Translations under genes and position numbers: made by a program | Notes under the pieces: model-generated | What the model was told of the DNA's origin: nothing | The model's input: the letters and a program-made list of their open reading frames with translations, nothing else | Databases searched by the model: none | Part shown: piece after piece, positions 1 through 9,432 of the stretch | How positions within the stretch are numbered: the stretch's first letter is position 1 | Layout: each line of letters opens with the position of its first letter | Source of the DNA: Promethearchaeota archaeon | GTDB taxonomy: Archaea > Asgardarchaeota > Lokiarchaeia > Sigyniarchaeales > SOKP01 | DNA: 22,776 nucleotides | Assembly (NCBI GenBank): GCA_016840085.1 | Contig: JAEOTA010000061.1 | Span: 1 to 22,776, forward strand | Direction: 5' to 3'

Positions 1-375
1 AAGGTGCCAATTTGGAGGAAGTTGGAATAAAACAGGGCCTAATTTATGTTTTAATATTTCAATAACGTCAAAGAATTTTTTAGTGGTTTCTTGACCATCC
101 TTAAGATACTTTCTATGAGTAATAAATTGGTTTGCTTTTATAGCAAAAATAAAGTCTTCAGGAGTTTCCTCCATCCATGTTTGAACTGTATTTGCTGAGG
201 GGATTCTATAGAAAGTACTATTTACTTCAACAGATTCGAAATACTTTACATAATGCTTAAGCATTTTATTATTAGGAAATTTTTCTGGATAGAAGGGACC
301 TTTCCAATGATTATAACTCCAACCCGATGTACCAATTAAAGCTTTAACTTTACTATTATTTACAGTATTTTTCAA
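1..375 (-). CDS. DUF72 domain protein (3' end truncated by window edge)
   Basis: Not in the ORF track. Manual translation from TTG at 375 is open to base 1: ...LIGTSGWSYNHWKGPFYP...YFESVEVNSTFYRIP...W..ETPEDFIFAIKANQFITH...LGPVLFQLPP. These are the characteristic DUF72/YecE motifs. Confidence 0.9.
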   Translation of the reverse strand, partial: MKNTVNNSKVKALIGTSGWSYNHWKGPFYPEKFPNNKMLKHYVKYFESVEVNSTFYRIPSANTVQTWMEETPEDFIFAIKANQFITHRKYLKDGQETTKKFFDVIEILKHKLGPVLFQLPPNWHL

Positions 376-415
376 TATGTATTTAAATATATTTTACTAT
401 ATAGTATTATAGAAA

Positions 416-658
416 ATGTCAGATATTATTGAAAGTAATCCGGAAATCCTGGGTGGAAAACCTGTCATTAAGGGAACCAGAATTCCTGTTGCTTTAATCT
501 ATGAATTAATCGGATTAAAATATTCAATAAACGAAATATTAAAAGAATATCCGCATCTGAATCGTAATATTATTATAACTCTCCTTAAGATTGGGAAGGA
601 AGCAAATGAAAACCTCATAAATGTGGACATTGATGAGATTATAAGTAAAGAGATTTAA
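416..658 (+). CDS. DUF433 domain protein (putative antitoxin)
   Basis: The sequence IESNPEILGGKPVIKGTRIPV...EILKEYPHL is the DUF433 signature. Confidence 0.9.
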   Translation: MSDIIESNPEILGGKPVIKGTRIPVALIYELIGLKYSINEILKEYPHLNRNIIITLLKIGKEANENLINVDIDEIISKEI

Positions 659-762
659 TACTTGAAAGGATTTTCAGGATTATTAAAAGTATCAATAATT
701 TCTTCTTTTCTAATGCTGCGGATTCTCATTCGTTCTAATGCGTGCTTAATTAGAGGTTGTTT
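655..762 (-). pseudogene. DUF4258-like toxin fragment
   Basis: The frame reads KQPLIKHALERMRIRSIRKEEIIDTFNNPENPFKY*. HALERMxxRxIxxEEI matches the N-terminus of DUF4258 proteins. It has no start codon of its own ahead of the motif and is truncated. Confidence 0.55.
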
Positions 763-1092
763 TTAAGTATATGGGGAAATTATTTCCCCATATTCTAATG
801 CGTCTATGATGAGAGAAGATCCACTCTTAATTCTTTCAAATTCCTCTGGAGTATAACAGATATAATCAATATGTCTAGGAAAATCAAACTTTTTTAATAA
901 GGAGGGCATTCGTTCAATAAATGGAATTTCTTGGAACAACTTTGACACGATTATTATGTCTAAGTCAGAATTCAATGTAGCATTCCCTTTTAATCGAGAT
1001 CCGAAAATTATGATTGCTTGGGGGTTATATTCTTTAAGTATCTGCGGTAATAATGTCTTTTTAAAAAGTTTAACCAATTTATCATTCTTCAT
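763..1092 (-). CDS. Minimal nucleotidyltransferase (MNT) antitoxin
   Basis: It carries the GS-x10-DxD motif (IIFGSRLKGNATLNSDLDIIIVS) and a C-terminal IDYICYTPEEF. Confidence 0.9.
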   Translation of the reverse strand: MKNDKLVKLFKKTLLPQILKEYNPQAIIIFGSRLKGNATLNSDLDIIIVSKLFQEIPFIERMPSLLKKFDFPRHIDYICYTPEEFERIKSGSSLIIDALEYGEIISPYT

Positions 1093-1481
1093 TTTTTAAT
1101 AACTCCTTATATCTATTTTCTAATTGAGCAAATATATGTTTTGCTTTTTCTACTTTACTTTTGGCTATATTCTCAGTATAAATTTCATGGTACTTGTTCA
1201 GTAACATCAGGATATCGAGTAATAGTATAATCCCCTGTCAAATCGATGACTTTATCCTAGATTTGATTCGATAAATTTAATCTTTTACCTAAATCCTCAA
1301 TATAATGAATTTTTGGAATTTTTTTTCCTTCAAGAGTAAAAATCGATGTTAATAATTTTTCAATAGATTAATGAGAGAGAAATGCTGCAATATCATATCC
1401 TCCAATAGAGATATTTTTCTCAGCTATTTCTAAATCATGTCTAGCTTGTTTAAACCATTTGAGAGCGATTTCTTTATTCAT
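1082..1481 (-). pseudogene. HEPN domain protein, disrupted
   Basis: Translation from ATG 1481 gives MNKEIALKWFKQARHDLEIAEKNI..GYDIAAFLSH*SIEKLL...IPKIHYIEDL...I*DKVIDLTGDYTITRYPD, then a frameshift near 1188 into EIYTENIAKSKVEKAKHIF. In-frame stops lie at 1368-1370 and 1257-1259. The 3' end overlaps the MNT start. Confidence 0.85.
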
Positions 1482-1778
1482 AGAGAGTCTATTAATTATT
1501 ATTAGACATTTCTTCTTATATTATGAATAACGTTTAATACTTAAATCTTTTAAGAATTTGAATCAATTTGAGTAAATAAATAAAATTGAGATAATTGTGA
1601 TTTCTTTAATTATTGGTATTAAAAGTAAATTATTTCACATATATCTACAAAACTAATCTAACAATAGTAATCCCCTGAACTTTAATGGTCTTAGGTAAAT
1701 TTATAAAAAACTTAGCTCTTAATTTTTAATAAATTAATAAAAAATTCCTAACTTCCACGAAATTGATCATCTTCATAG

Positions 1779-2936
1779 TTATTCGATATTTCTCAATTTT
1801 TTTTCTAAATTTTTTTTGGTAACGCAATATACTGGGCCTTTTCTCATTACTACTAAGCAAGAATTACAACTTATGCATTTTGCTGGTGAAATATCACCAT
1901 TCTTCCAACGATTAGGTAAATCGGGTTCATATATCAAAGGACGACACATTGAGATGAAATCTGCTTGTTTTTCATATAGTATTTTTTCTGCGGAGAGTGG
2001 ATTTTTTATACCTCCCACCAGAATCAATTTTGCTTTATTTATTAGCGGTTTTATCATTTTAGCTGTGGATAAAAAATAGTTTTCACCCTCAGATGTTTTA
2101 ATCATTTTGCAAGGATAAGGATTTTTATGGGCTAATTGACTTTCATAAATTCCTCCACTAGGTTCAATCGCATCATAACCAGTATCGGCAAGAATCTCTG
2201 CTATTTTTGAACTCGTGTCTAATGTAAGTCCTCCAGGTACTGAATCGTGGGTTTGGAGTTTGACTGTTATGGGGAATTTTTTTCCAAGCTCATCTCTGGT
2301 TTGATTGAAGATTTCTATAAGGATTTTAGCCATATTTTCAATACTTCCCCCAAATTCATCCCTACGTTGGTTTGTATAAGGTGACACGAAATTACTTAGA
2401 AGATACCCATGAGCTGCATGGAGTTGGACCATATCATATCCACATTCATAAGCTCGAATAGCTGTTTCTTTAAATTTTTTAATTAATTCATAGATCTCTT
2501 CAATACTTAATTCTTTTGGTGTTAAACCTGTCGTTTTTTCTAGAATCGGAGAAGGTGCGACAGGAGGAAATTTTGGATGCTCACCTTGCCGTCCCATATG
2601 AACAATTTGCATAGCTAACTTAACATCTGGTTGATCATGAACTACTTTAACTAATTTTTTGTGTCCTGGAATATAGGAGTCATTATCTAATCGAAGTTGA
2701 TATGGGCTTCCTGTTGCACTCGGATCTATTCCAGTAAATCCAGTGATAATTAAACCTGTTCCACCACGTGCTAATTCATCATAAAAGTCAATTATTTTTT
2801 GACCAGCATATCCATTTTTTTCAGCTCTATGCTCAAAAGTAGCCGACCTGACAATTCTGTTCTTAATTTCTACATTTCCAATTTTTTCGGGGCTGAATAG
2901 TGTTTTTAATTCCATCATTATCTTCACTAATTTCAT
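1779..2936 (-). CDS. NADH:flavin oxidoreductase (old yellow enzyme family)
   Basis: Motifs include LFSPEKIGNVEIKNRIVRSAT, ARGGTGLIITG, QLHAAHGYLLSNFVSPYTNQRRDEFGGS and a C-terminal CISCNSC. The true start may be ATG 2918 or 2915. Confidence 0.93.
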   Translation of the reverse strand: MKLVKIMMELKTLFSPEKIGNVEIKNRIVRSATFEHRAEKNGYAGQKIIDFYDELARGGTGLIITGFTGIDPSATGSPYQLRLDNDSYIPGHKKLVKVVHDQPDVKLAMQIVHMGRQGEHPKFPPVAPSPILEKTTGLTPKELSIEEIYELIKKFKETAIRAYECGYDMVQLHAAHGYLLSNFVSPYTNQRRDEFGGSIENMAKILIEIFNQTRDELGKKFPITVKLQTHDSVPGGLTLDTSSKIAEILADTGYDAIEPSGGIYESQLAHKNPYPCKMIKTSEGENYFLSTAKMIKPLINKAKLILVGGIKNPLSAEKILYEKQADFISMCRPLIYEPDLPNRWKNGDISPAKCISCNSCLVVMRKGPVYCVTKKNLEKKLRNIE

Positions 2937-2979
2937 TCATTTAATTATGATTTCATCCTGCCTTTATTTCTATCCTAAT

Positions 2980-3295
2980 TTAGATATTCCTCAATTCTTT
3001 CATTTCCTCTCTCGTAATTAAGAGGATATAATCAAGAATGAGTTCTACAATGAAAAATAAGAAAATCGGGATCAGAAGATATACTTCCCCCCTTGTCCCT
3101 TTGATTCTTTTTGTTAATAATTGCAATGTAGCCTAGGCTAAAACCCAAAATTATATTAATGATACCTAAAGCATGTTCCAGGGGTGGTAAAGCAGAAATC
3201 CTAGCCATGAACAGGAATGATATTATGATATTGATTACATTCGCTATATATACAACAATTAAATCTATTTTTCTGTAATCCATTTGAGTCTGCAT
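2980..3295 (-). pseudogene. Small membrane protein with apparent +1 frameshift in a G6 run
   Basis: Two hydrophobic helices are followed by a polar, non-membrane tail. Removing one G from the run at 3087-3092 restores KGEVYLLIPIFLFFIVELILDYILLITREEMKELRNI*, which adds a third TM helix. Confidence 0.55.
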
Positions 3296-3633
3296 TAGGA
3301 ATCTTCTAAAAATGCTGAAATTTATTTCATAATAATATATTTTGTTTTCTATATTTAATTTGCCATGGAGAGATTAGAAAAATATGTAAATGAAGTATTT
3401 TAAACGCAGTTAGGTATAGCAGTTACACGCTTATTCCTCCCCTTTTCCAGAAGTTATAAATTTTTCTTTAAATTTCTGCCTGTTTCTTCTTTAATTCTTC
3501 AATTTTTTTCAACTCTGATGTGTCTGCTTTTTTAAGAGGGACTCCATCTCTAATCTCCTTGCTAATCTTAGATTGAAATAAATGGATTCTCCCATTTATG
3601 GATTCTTCCAAACCAACTAGTTTACAAGATATC

Positions 3634-4458
3634 TTAACTATTATATGCTATTATTGGTTTTTTTGCTTCAAACAATCCAGATATCCCCGTAACTTTGAAT
3701 TTAGACCTTTTTTCAAGAATTTTTACAATAGCTTCCTCAACTTCAACCTTTTTTTCTTGATAGTCAGGAAATTCTTCCATTGGAAACAGAGATTCAATAT
3801 AACTCATTAATGGATCAACTGAGGTGATATTTACCTGATTGATATATTCATAAAACTTAATTTCTGAAAAAAAAGGCTTTAGGACTTCTCTTCCAGTTTC
3901 ATTTCTGAATTCACTGAATAAATTCATCCTCTCTTCTGAATATAGTCCAAACTCAGAAAGAAAATCTTTTAGTTCTCGAATATGTTGTTGACTAATTGTT
4001 GTCGATATAAATCTACCACCTGACTTCAGTATTCGATTTATTGAAATAAGAGCTTTTTGGATATTTGGAATATGATATAGCATATGGCATCCAATTACCA
4101 CATCAAAAATCTGATTTGGATAAGGAATTTTTTCTGCGTCAATTATTTCAAATTTTATGGGGAGGTTGAGTGGTTGTATGTTTTCTTTGGCTTTGCTCAA
4201 CATTTCTTTTGAAAAGTCTGACAAGATGATTGAACAAGTTGAAGGAATATTTTTAATATTCTCAATCCATAATTGCCCTGTTCCACAGCCCAATTCTAAC
4301 ACTCGTTCATATTCTTGAATCTGAATATTGGAAAAAATCCATTTCTGAAAGGATTCTGGATTTGATCCGTAGGACCAAAGATTCATCCTGGTAGTCAAGT
4401 TTTGATGGTTTTTATACTGCAGTTCAGCAAATTCTTTAACAGTTTTCTTATTTTTCAT
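3634..4458 (-). CDS. Class I SAM-dependent methyltransferase
   Basis: It shows motif I VLELGCGTG, followed by ILSDFSKEML, DAEKIPY..FDVVI and RILKSGGRF. Confidence 0.92.
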   Translation of the reverse strand: MKNKKTVKEFAELQYKNHQNLTTRMNLWSYGSNPESFQKWIFSNIQIQEYERVLELGCGTGQLWIENIKNIPSTCSIILSDFSKEMLSKAKENIQPLNLPIKFEIIDAEKIPYPNQIFDVVIGCHMLYHIPNIQKALISINRILKSGGRFISTTISQQHIRELKDFLSEFGLYSEERMNLFSEFRNETGREVLKPFFSEIKFYEYINQVNITSVDPLMSYIESLFPMEEFPDYQEKKVEVEEAIVKILEKRSKFKVTGISGLFEAKKPIIAYNS

Positions 4459-4607
4459 ATAAGATGAAAGAATATACTTATCAATTTTAAATTTGATATT
4501 TGAATTAGTTCAGTTCTAATATAAATATATACCTTAAATACATTAATATACATTAACCTTCGAATACAAACTAATTAGGATTTATATAGAAAATAAAGCG
4601 AAAGAAT

Positions 4608-4895
4608 ATGAAAGAAAACCAAAGTCAAAGGGCGTCTAAACTATCCCCTATAGCATAGCTCCTAACGTATATAGCTGGAAAAACATATACACATGTAATA
4701 TCCGTCGCTGCCAAATTGGGTATTGCGGATTTACTAGCGGACGGACCAAAGTCTGTAGAAGAGCTCTCTATTGCAACGGAGACTCATGCTCCAAGCCTTC
4801 ATCGCGTTTCACGAATATCTATAACATTAGGATTATATAAGGATGTTATTCAAATATCATACATATATATTTTTTTTGAAATTATCTTATTTTAG
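4608..4895 (+). pseudogene. O-methyltransferase N-terminal dimerisation-domain remnant
   Basis: The frame reads MKENQSQRASKLSPIA*LLTYIAGKTYTHVISVAAKLGIADLLADGPKSVEELSIATETHAPSLHRVSR...LG. This is a typical OMT winged-helix dimerisation segment. There is an internal TAG and no catalytic domain. Confidence 0.8.
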
Positions 4896-5016
4896 AATTT
4901 GAAAAAAACAAATGAAATATAACTTTCATGAGAAAATGGGTATAAGACACTCTTTTTATTAACGGTATTGAATAATATCAATAGATTTATATGCTAGCAT
5001 TGCTATTTATAACTTA

Positions 5017-5514
5017 ATGAATATTCATGTTTATGATGCTTGCGCTCTAATTTACTTAACAAAGATCAAAGTTAAAGAGAAATTATCATTATTAGGATCG
5101 GTTATTGTAAGTCCTACAGTCAAAAACGAATTAATTGCAGATATTAACAGATTTTCAGATGCCAAATTACTACAACACAATTTAGATAATAAGATAATTG
5201 AGGAAAGAAAAATAAAGTTGAATGATTTTATCTTTTCTAAAAATCTAGGGAAAGGTGAAAATGAAACCATTATAATTTGTATAAGAAACGAAGGAATCCC
5301 TGTAACAGATGATCATCAAGCTATTAATTATGCTTTGAATTGTGGTTTAAAACCTAAAACATCAGAATTAATATTATTAGATTTATTAAAACAGAATATT
5401 ATTAGTCATAAAGAATTTCAAACATTTTTTAAGGAATTAGCGCACATTAAATCATTAAAACCTGATATTGTATTATTTTTTAAAAATAAATCTGAAGAAA
5501 TTATCTATAAATAG
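5017..5514 (+). CDS. PIN-domain protein (DUF3368-like), putative toxin
   Basis: The PIN acidic residues are present in VYDACALIYL, V.NEL, LGKGENETI and VTDD. Confidence 0.8.
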   Translation: MNIHVYDACALIYLTKIKVKEKLSLLGSVIVSPTVKNELIADINRFSDAKLLQHNLDNKIIEERKIKLNDFIFSKNLGKGENETIIICIRNEGIPVTDDHQAINYALNCGLKPKTSELILLDLLKQNIISHKEFQTFFKELAHIKSLKPDIVLFFKNKSEEIIYK

Positions 5515-5534
5515 CTGAATAAGAGGCAATATAT

Positions 5535-5822
5535 ATGACAAAACAAATGAATTTAAGATTAGACGAGGATCTGATAAAAGAATTTGAAGAACTTGCTGAA
5601 AATGAGAATCTTGATCGCTCCTCATTGATAAAAAAAATATTAATCGAAGGACTTCAAAAAGAACGTTTTAATTTTGCTATAAAAAAGTATGTATTAAAGG
5701 AAATATCAATAGAAAAAGCAGCTGAAATCGCAAAAATATCTCTTCATGAATTTATTTCTAAAATGTCTCAATTGGGAATCCCATCTAATTTATCTTTAGA
5801 AGATTTTAAAAAAATCATGTAA
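5535..5822 (+). CDS. RHH/UPF0175 family protein, putative antitoxin
   Basis: The N-terminus is a ribbon-helix-helix (QMNLRLDEDL...DRSSLIKKIL). The C-terminal ISIEKAAEIAKISLHEF is the UPF0175 motif. It lies next to the PIN gene. Confidence 0.85.
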   Translation: MTKQMNLRLDEDLIKEFEELAENENLDRSSLIKKILIEGLQKERFNFAIKKYVLKEISIEKAAEIAKISLHEFISKMSQLGIPSNLSLEDFKKIM

Positions 5823-6044
5823 TACACCCATTGTTCGTAATATATATAATTTTACGTTCTAAATTAGTAGAAGCAGTAGCTAGTAGATGGAATTTTTGAG
5901 ATTGTTAATTACAATATTCAGTTATATCACAAATCTACACTAAAAATTAGAAGGATTTAGCCAAAGAAGAAAAACTTGCTCCATTAAAATCCAATCAAAA
6001 GTGATTTAATGAAAAAAGCGGCTGATATTAAATGTAGATAAAGG

Positions 6045-6464
6045 CTAAAATTTCCATTTTTCTATTGCTTTATCAAATTCAGTTGTATAACCCGTATGTG
6101 CTGTTAGTAACATCTTCACATTTTCTAACTTAGCGACTTTTCTTAGTGATTCAAGTAATTGTGTAAAGTCTGCACTAATAAATTTGAAAAAAGGTTTGAC
6201 TTTACCTGCTTTCAATCTAAGTAAGTCGTCACTGAATAAATATTCATTATCTATTAGATAGGAAGTATGTCCAAGTCTATGTCCTGGAGTATTTATAGCG
6301 TGAACTTTAATTGCGCCAACCAGAATGAGGTCATTATCTTCCAGAAACTTGTAATTATCTGGATTTTTTACTCTCGAAGCTTTTCCAAAATATATTTTTA
6401 CCTCACTAAAGATTGAAAGGCCACCGATATGATGTGGATCAGGATGTGTAATAAAGACATCCAT
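6045..6464 (-). pseudogene. 5'-truncated MBL-fold hydrolase, paralog of 9433-10119
   Basis: It aligns without gaps to the last 138 aa of the 9433-10119 protein, with 25 differences by manual count. It lacks the N-terminal ~90 aa, and its motifs are altered (HSDPDH to HPDPHH, SGD to SDD). Confidence 0.75.
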
Positions 6465-6596
6465 AAAGACACCTGTTTTTTTTTAAAATCTTTTTTATAT
6501 ACAATAACCTTAAGGATTAAATTAAATGTTTATTTTGGCAACTTAACTTAAATATTAATTTCTTATAAAACATATTAAATTATCGAGTAGATTTGT

Positions 6597-6851
6597 ATGA
6601 AAAAATGGACAGCATTTATTATTGGAATAATTCTGGTTGTAATTTTTATAATTACAATGTTTGTATTGCCTCCGTTATTAGACTGGCATTACCCCGATAT
6701 TACAAGCTGGGAAGAATTTTTAGATTCTATTCGTACAACAGAAGGATTAGTTGTTGGGATTTTTACACAGTTGATTCCGATTATATGCGTTACAATCGGA
6801 GCTATATTTCTTATAATTTTTGTGATTAAATTAATTCGGGGCAAAGAATAG
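6597..6851 (+). CDS. Small two-TM membrane protein
   Basis: Two hydrophobic segments with basic termini (MKKW..., ...IKLIRGKE), followed by a T-tract. Confidence 0.7.
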   Translation: MKKWTAFIIGIILVVIFIITMFVLPPLLDWHYPDITSWEEFLDSIRTTEGLVVGIFTQLIPIICVTIGAIFLIIFVIKLIRGKE

Positions 6852-7064
6852 GTAAATAATAATCTTTTAATTTTTTTTATATTCTTTTTGATTAGAGAGA
6901 TACAGGTTCTTTTTTAACTTATTAAGTTTTATAAGAATTTCTTCTTTATTGATTACCATTTTATTAACTTTAATAATCTTAGTTTAGAGATTATAATGAA
7001 GACATTTATTAAGTTGAGTAATTTTGATGAATAATCAAATTCAATAATATGTAGGTATAAAATA

Positions 7065-7484
7065 ATGGTAAAAATTAATCCGTATTTGATGGTAAAAAAT
7101 GGTAAAGAAGCGATAGAGTTATATAAGGACTTATTTGGAGCTAAACTTATGGAACATACACCCTTTTCTAAGGAAGGGGGATCATTTTTCGGGTTTCCAG
7201 AGGATTTTGATTATGAAAATTCTACCATGCATGCAGTCCTTGATATAAAAGGTGAGGTAATTATGTTATCTGATAATGCTTTGGGAAAATCAGGTTCTGG
7301 GAACGTACAGATATTAATGACTCTTGATTCTAAAGAGGAATTAGATGATATAAATGAAAAAGTTCAGAAAAAGAAGTTTACTATAATTATGCCATTGAAA
7401 AAGAGATCCTGGGGAATGTGGTATTTAATGTTTGAAGACTCTTACGGAATTGGATGGCAAATTGCTTATTCTGAAGATCAATAA
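7065..7484 (+). CDS. VOC/glyoxalase family protein (PhnB-like)
   Basis: Motifs include INPYLMVKNGKEAIELYKDLFGA, MHAVL...IMLSD and MPL...WG.....FEDSYGIGWQI. Confidence 0.9.
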   Translation: MVKINPYLMVKNGKEAIELYKDLFGAKLMEHTPFSKEGGSFFGFPEDFDYENSTMHAVLDIKGEVIMLSDNALGKSGSGNVQILMTLDSKEELDDINEKVQKKKFTIIMPLKKRSWGMWYLMFEDSYGIGWQIAYSEDQ

Positions 7485-7573
7485 AGTATTAATTAATTTT
7501 TTTTTTCAATTTTTCAATTTTCTAATGGATTATAATATCAACTTTTTTTAAGCAAAATCTCCTCTATGATATT

Positions 7574-7942
7574 ATGACACTTGAAAGAAAGGATGCTCCT
7601 AAAACCTTTATTCCCATTTTTATGATATGGATTTTCCTATGCAATATTGTAGCGATAATCTTAGCAATTATATGGAATATTCAATTTCCCCAGAGCTTTA
7701 CATTTGATGCGATGGTCTCAATGTATATCATCATTGCGATAAATATTCTTAGCATCATTCTATTGTATCCACTGCTAGGGAAGGATCCAATAACTCCATT
7801 TCTAAAGGGTGCGCTCATCTGGTATATTGTGATATCGATAATATATGTCATTTTGGGTGCTTATTTTGCACTAATACCCGGGACCGTCCAATTGCTAGGA
7901 GACCTTTGGTTTCATTGGAAGCGGAATAAGCTGATAGGATGA
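7574..7942 (+). CDS. Hypothetical membrane protein (3-4 TM)
   Basis: A 122-aa ORF dominated by hydrophobic segments. Confidence 0.7.
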   Translation: MTLERKDAPKTFIPIFMIWIFLCNIVAIILAIIWNIQFPQSFTFDAMVSMYIIIAINILSIILLYPLLGKDPITPFLKGALIWYIVISIIYVILGAYFALIPGTVQLLGDLWFHWKRNKLIG

Positions 7943-8020
7943 ATCTAGACAAGATAAACGGAACTTAAAATATTGACGTAATAACACACGGAATTTGGAA
8001 TTACTTTAAGAGCTTTATAC

Positions 8021-8701
8021 TTAAAGAGAATATGGTTTATCCTTTAGCTTCTTTTTTGCGCCATATCTTCGAGCTTGTAATTTCCATCCAAGATTGCCAA
8101 ACGTTTTATAGATCGCACTTGGTATAAATTTTTTTGAAAACAAATCAATTGCCGCTTGAGGAATATCTTTACCTTCCTTTAAAGCGTGAGCAATAATATC
8201 TAATCCTTTTATCACATTTCTCACCATTCCTCCTTTCTCTTGTAATGGAGTTCCATTAATTGCAGCTCCTCCTCCAAGTGCGACTCCCCCCTTCCATACA
8301 AACCCACAATCTTTAGAAAAAATCCTGCAAATTTGGAGTGCTACCGTTGATTGGGAAGGTTCAGGAAATCCGCTATTACATATCGCTATAAAATTTTGAG
8401 ATTTTTGACTTTTTAACTTGTCTTTTTCTTCTTTAATAAGTTCCATTGCTTTAATAACGGGAGCAGGTAAGCTATCTACATATAATGGAAATGTAAGAAT
8501 TATTAGATCTGCATTATCAATCATTCTAAATAGATTTTGTATTTTTTCTTCTCGATATACAAGTCTATGGATAAAAGCTTTTTCAGTTTTCATCCCAAAT
8601 TCTTCTAATTTTGAGATTAGGTAATTTCCAAGAGATGCAGAGGTACTATTTTCACCTTTTGGGCTTCCTATTAATAAGAGTACTTTTTTATCGGTGGTCA
8701 T
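8021..8701 (-). CDS. Flavodoxin-fold NAD(P)H-dependent oxidoreductase
   Basis: Motifs include LLLIGSPKGENSTS, ADLIILTFPLYVDSLPA and NSGFPE. There is a 4-nt ATGA overlap with the upstream gene. Confidence 0.85.
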   Translation of the reverse strand: MTTDKKVLLLIGSPKGENSTSASLGNYLISKLEEFGMKTEKAFIHRLVYREEKIQNLFRMIDNADLIILTFPLYVDSLPAPVIKAMELIKEEKDKLKSQKSQNFIAICNSGFPEPSQSTVALQICRIFSKDCGFVWKGGVALGGGAAINGTPLQEKGGMVRNVIKGLDIIAHALKEGKDIPQAAIDLFSKKFIPSAIYKTFGNLGWKLQARRYGAKKKLKDKPYSL

Positions 8702-9270
8702 GCTGTCCCCTCTACTTTGTTTAAAATTTTGGTAAATTCACCTATAAAATCGTTTTTACTTAGGTTATTAGTATATATTATCGCTTCATGAACAGGCGCG
8801 CCCATATTAAGTGAATTACGATACACTAGTTCTTTAAATATAGCTTCCTTTTCCTCATCAGATTTATCTAAAACTCCAACAGCAATAATTGAGGCTCTCT
8901 TTTCATAACGATACTTATGATGAATTTCTCCATTTCTTTTTATAAAGAACGGTAATATCGTTGGAATAAACCTATCTATTACTTTCTTCAACTCAGAGGA
9001 GTATCCTCCAAATGTGATCGGTGTAAAGTGAATGATCAGATTACTCTGAACCATTTTTTTAGCAACATCTCGGCCATAATCATCTGTTTTACATTCCCCT
9101 GGTGTTTTTACCCAACAATCAAAACAACCTTGACAAGCAGCAACTTTAACTTCTCTTAATAAGATTGATTCTACTTCAAATCCATTTCTTTCAAGTTCCT
9201 CTATCAATAAAGAATGGATCATATCAAAATCATTCTTTAAATTGCCGTCTAATAAAAGAGCTTTCATCAT
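8698..9270 (-). CDS. Flavodoxin family protein (iron-sulfur flavoprotein-like)
   Basis: It has the four-Cys motif CQGCFDCWVKTPGEC and TPITFGGYSSELKKVIDR. Confidence 0.88.
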   Translation of the reverse strand: MMKALLLDGNLKNDFDMIHSLLIEELERNGFEVESILLREVKVAACQGCFDCWVKTPGECKTDDYGRDVAKKMVQSNLIIHFTPITFGGYSSELKKVIDRFIPTILPFFIKRNGEIHHKYRYEKRASIIAVGVLDKSDEEKEAIFKELVYRNSLNMGAPVHEAIIYTNNLSKNDFIGEFTKILNKVEGTA

Positions 9271-9432
9271 CTATTTTTTCCCCTTATAGAATATAGTTAA
9301 TTTTTGCAATCATTTTAAACTTAAAATTCGGTTAAAAATGGATCATATTTACTTAAAAATTGTTCTTATAAAATAAAGTATTGTAGATATGACTAAGTAG
9401 TTCAAGATTTGAAATAAATATTGATATAATGA

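Noticed and set aside
3420-3625. Minus-strand frame ...GRIHLFQSKISKEIRDGVPLKKADTSELKKIEELKKKQAEI*
   Set aside because: It looks protein-like, but there is no start codon and no recognisable family, so it cannot be supported as a feature.
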